The notes below the pieces were generated by a model, which saw only the letters and a list, made by a program, of their open reading frames with translations, was not told where the DNA came from and searched no databases. Below, piece by piece: positions 63,178 to 64,000 of a DNA stretch of 64,000 bases. Source of the DNA: Lama glama (taxonomy: Eukaryota); the NCBI GenBank assembly GCA_028534125.1, contig CM052817.1:18478001-18542000 (forward strand). The letters run 5' to 3'. Each line of letters begins with the position of its first letter. Position 1 is the stretch's first letter. A program made the translations under genes and the position numbers.

Positions 63178-63675
63178 CTTTTGGAGGTTTGGAAATACAC
63201 TACACAAAATCTTTGGCATTACTTCCTTCAGTAGATGGTGATTATGTCCCCTCCCCCTGAATCTGGGCAGTCTTGTGATTTCATATAAAGGGCTTTGCAA
63301 CTTCTTTTAGGTTCTTTTGGAACTCTCCCTCTCAGGTTGCTGGCTCTTGGAAACCAGCTGTCACGCTTTGAACCTACGCCACATGGAGAGGTGAGGTGTA
63401 GTAGCATCTGTCAACATTCTCAGCTGATACCAGCATTCTTGTCCTCTCAGCTAGATGTCACATGTTTGAGTGAATAAGTCATCTTGGAAGCGGATCTTTC
63501 AGTCTTAGTTCGAGTTCTCATCCCTTGGAGTCACCTCCAACTATTTGATTCCTCCTAGCTGAAGCCCCAGTCATTGCAGAACAGAGACAAACCATTCCTG
63601 CTGTTCTCTGAGCAAATTCCTGACCCACAGAAATCGTAAGTATAACAAAATAATTGTTTATGCCACTGACTTTCT
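63178..63675 (+). mobile_element. MLT1G/H-type 3' LTR
   Basis: tatgtcccctccccctgaatctgggc...ccacatggagagg...gagtgaataag...cagagacaaaccattcc...aattcctgacccacagaa; shares motif order with 61173-61751. Confidence 0.78.
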
Positions 63676-63804
63676 GGAGTAAGCTGCCAGATGTGCTATA
63701 AGTAACAAGGGCTGCTGTGAGTATACTTGGCATTTTCTGTAAGAATTGGACTTCTAACATCATTAAAAAAGACCATATTTGTAGATATTGTGTAGGTTGT
63801 ATTC

Positions 63805-63885
63805 ATTATATAGATACACAAATATATGTATGTATATATATTCATACATATATGTTTATATATATACATGTATATACACACATAC
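63805..63885. repeat. TA-rich low-complexity repeat
   Basis: Imperfect (TA)n/(TACA)n. Confidence 0.85.
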
Positions 63886-64000
63886 TTATTAGTCTGCTAG
63901 GATTGCCATAACAAATACAACAGACTGGTGGCTTAAACAATAGAAAGTGATTTTTTTGCAATTCTGCAGGCTAGAAGTTTGAGATCAAGTTGTTAAGCAA
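63885..64000 (-). mobile_element. MLT1B/C-type LTR, cut by window edge
   Basis: tattagtctgctagg...gccataacaaatac...ggcttaaacaa...ggctagaagtttgagatcaag. Confidence 0.85.

Overview
Mammalian non-coding genomic DNA, very probably a camelid (alpaca/llama/camel): it holds three vic-1-type tRNA-derived SINEs and cetartiodactyl-style L1 3' ends. I recognise no protein-coding gene, no true RNA gene and no CpG island. The ORF track is explained by chance ORFs, repeats and an N gap, so the window looks like a large intron or intergenic region. It is dense in old eutherian repeats (MIR, L2, L3/CR1, MaLR MLT1, ERVL/ERV1 solo LTRs, hAT MITEs, a ~3 kb old L1). Best-supported points: (1) an apparently full-length young L1 with a 16-bp TSD whose interior is collapsed into a 500-N gap; (2) a decayed Charlie8 transposase fragment resembling the GTF2IRD2 C-terminal domain; (3) a complete LTR-internal-LTR MLT1 element; (4) a SINE that seems to carry Pol III read-through sequence from its parent locus; (5) a MER53 hairpin with perfectly paired inner arms. 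Several repeat-poor, motif-rich blocks, CTCF-like sites and microexon-like splice signals are unverified candidates. Repeat family names come from recalled consensus sequences, not from a search, and boundaries of old repeats are approximate. I found no convincing evidence of a novel biological system.
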